DNA of 64,000 nt from Eledone cirrhosa (lineage: Eukaryota), in NCBI GenBank assembly GCA_964016885.1, contig OZ024743.1, forward strand, positions 138,198,001-138,262,000, written 5' to 3'. The notes under the pieces were generated by a model, which saw nothing but the letters and a program-made list of their open reading frames with translations, was not told the origin of the DNA and did no database searches. The position numbers and the translations under genes were made by a program. Each line of letters begins with the position of its first letter. Position 1 is the first letter of the stretch. Below, piece after piece: positions 62,850-64,000 of this stretch.

Positions 62850-64000
62850 GGTGTTTGGTGTTTGATTCTTGGTGTTTGGTGCTTGGTGTTTGGTGTTTTG
62901 TGCTTGGTGCTTGGGGCTTGGTGTTTAGTGCTTGGTGCTTGGTGCTTGGTGTTTGGTGCTTGGTGCTTGGTGTTTGGTGTTTGGTGTTTGGTGCTTGGTG
63001 CTTGGTGTTTGGTGCTTGGTGCTTGGTGCTGGGTGGTTGGTATTTGGTGCTTGGTGCTTGGTGTTTGGTGCTTGGTGCTTGGTGCTTGCTGTTTGGTGCT
63101 TGGTGCTTGGTGCTTGGTCTTTGGTGCTTGGTCTTTGGTGCTTGGTGCTTGGTGCTTGGTGTTTGGTGCTTGGTGATTAGTGTTTGGTGCTTGGTGCTTG
63201 GGGTTTGGTGTTTGGTGCTTGGTACTTGGTGTTTGGTGCTTGGTGTTTGGTGTTTGCTGTTTGGTGTTTGGTGTTTGCTGTTTGCTGTTTGCTGTTTGGT
63301 GTTTGGTGTTTGCTGTTTGGTCTTTGGTGCTTGGTGTTTGGTGCTTGGTGCTTGGTGTTTGGTGTTTGATGCTTGGTGCTTGGTGTTTGGTGTTTGTTGC
63401 TTGGTGCTTGGTGCTTGGTGTTTGGTGTTTGGTGTTTGGTGCTTGGTGTCTGGTGCTTGGTGTTTGGTGTTTGGTGTTTGGTGCTTGGTGTTTGGTGTTT
63501 GGTGTTTGGTGCTTGGTGTTTGGTGTTTGGTGTTTGGTGTTTGGTGCTTGTTGCTTGGTGCTTGGTGCTTGGTGTTTGGTTCTTGGTTCTTGGTGTTTGG
63601 TACTTGGTGCTTGGTGTTTGGTGCTGGGTGCTTGGTGTTTGGTGCTTGGTGCTTGGTGCTTGCTGTTTGGTGTTTGGTGCTTGGTGCTTGGTGTTTGGTG
63701 TTTGGTGTTATATGCTTGGTGTTTGATGCTTGGTGCTTGGTGCTTGGTATTTGGTGTTTGGTGCTTGGTGTTTGTACTTGGTGCTTGGTTCTTGGTTCTT
63801 GGTGCTTGGTGCTTGGTGCTTGGTGCTTGGTGCTTGGTGTTTGGTGCTTGGTGTTTGGTGCTTGGTGTTTGGTGCTTGGTGCCTGGTGCTTGGTGCTTGG
63901 TGCTTGGTGTTTGGTGCTTGGTGTTTGGTGCTTGGTGTTAGGTGTTTGGTGCTTGGTGCTTGGTGTTTGGTGTTTGGTGCTTGGTGTTTGGTGCTTGGTG
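62850..64000. repeat. Further partial copy of the segment at ~58090-59300, also related to ~43720-44900 and ~50970-52170
   Basis: TTGATTC marker at ~50973, ~58106 and ~62862. Pseudo-ORF 63180..63941 parallels 58424..59248 and 44047..44871. Confidence 0.85.

Larger units (their letters stand above)
1..64000. repeat. Heptamer satellite array, consensus TTGGTG(C/T), about 9,100 head-to-tail units; runs off both window ends
   Basis: TTGGTGC and TTGGTGT are interspersed throughout, with minority variants (TTGCTGT, TTGATGC, TTGGTAC, TAGGTGY, TTGGGGC, TTGGTGA, TTGTAC). No unique sequence or orientation switch seen. Confidence 0.99.

Noticed and set aside
347-63780. Regularly recurring landmarks as a CRISPR-like repeat/spacer array
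   Set aside because: Intervening sequence is the same heptamer repeat rather than unique spacers. Spacing is ~0.3-2.7 kb and irregular, and there are no palindromic repeats or cas genes.
4-63941. Hundreds of + strand ORFs encoding (LV[L/F]G[A/V]WC)n
   Set aside because: All three frames give the same 7-aa repeat because 3x7 bp = 7 codons. Stop codons need A, which is nearly absent, and the starts are mostly TTG/GTG from the repeat itself. There is no unique domain or frame preference.
1-64000. Cyanobacterial heptamer STRR repeats or a bacterial contingency locus
   Set aside because: Those are short tracts between or within genes. A gene-free array of at least 64 kb with nested higher-order structure does not fit, though the source organism is unverified.
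1-64000. Pure sequencing artefact or synthetic low-complexity sequence
   Set aside because: Nested duplications with graded divergence and lineage-specific markers are what evolved satellite DNA shows. The copy number of individual blocks could still be misassembled.
1-64000. Inverted repeats, hairpins, terminators, tRNA/rRNA or transposon ends
   Set aside because: No reverse-complement (CACCAA-type) tract appears on the + strand, and near-absence of A precludes extended Watson-Crick stems.

Overview
All 64 kb is one uninterrupted, single-orientation tandem array of a 7-bp unit, TTGGTG(C/T) (minus strand (G/A)CACCAA), about 9,100 units. The + strand is almost free of A. I see no credible genes, RNA genes, transposons or CRISPR arrays. 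Every ORF in the track is an artefact of the repeat: 3 units = 21 bp = 7 codons, and both strands have few stop codons. The informative structure is hierarchical. The C/T choice at position 7 forms a binary pattern that is copied between blocks. Rare variant units recur in a fixed order, suggesting an older ~0.5-1.6 kb higher-order unit marked by a 6-bp TTGTAC monomer. Younger near-identical duplications have periods from 77 bp to ~17 kb, and variant subfamilies are regionally partitioned. The best reading is eukaryotic satellite DNA (centromeric, heterochromatic or telomere-associated); organism and function cannot be determined from this window. I found no evidence of a gene-based novel system. 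Block boundaries were estimated by eye from marker variants and ORF-track offsets, so they are approximate.
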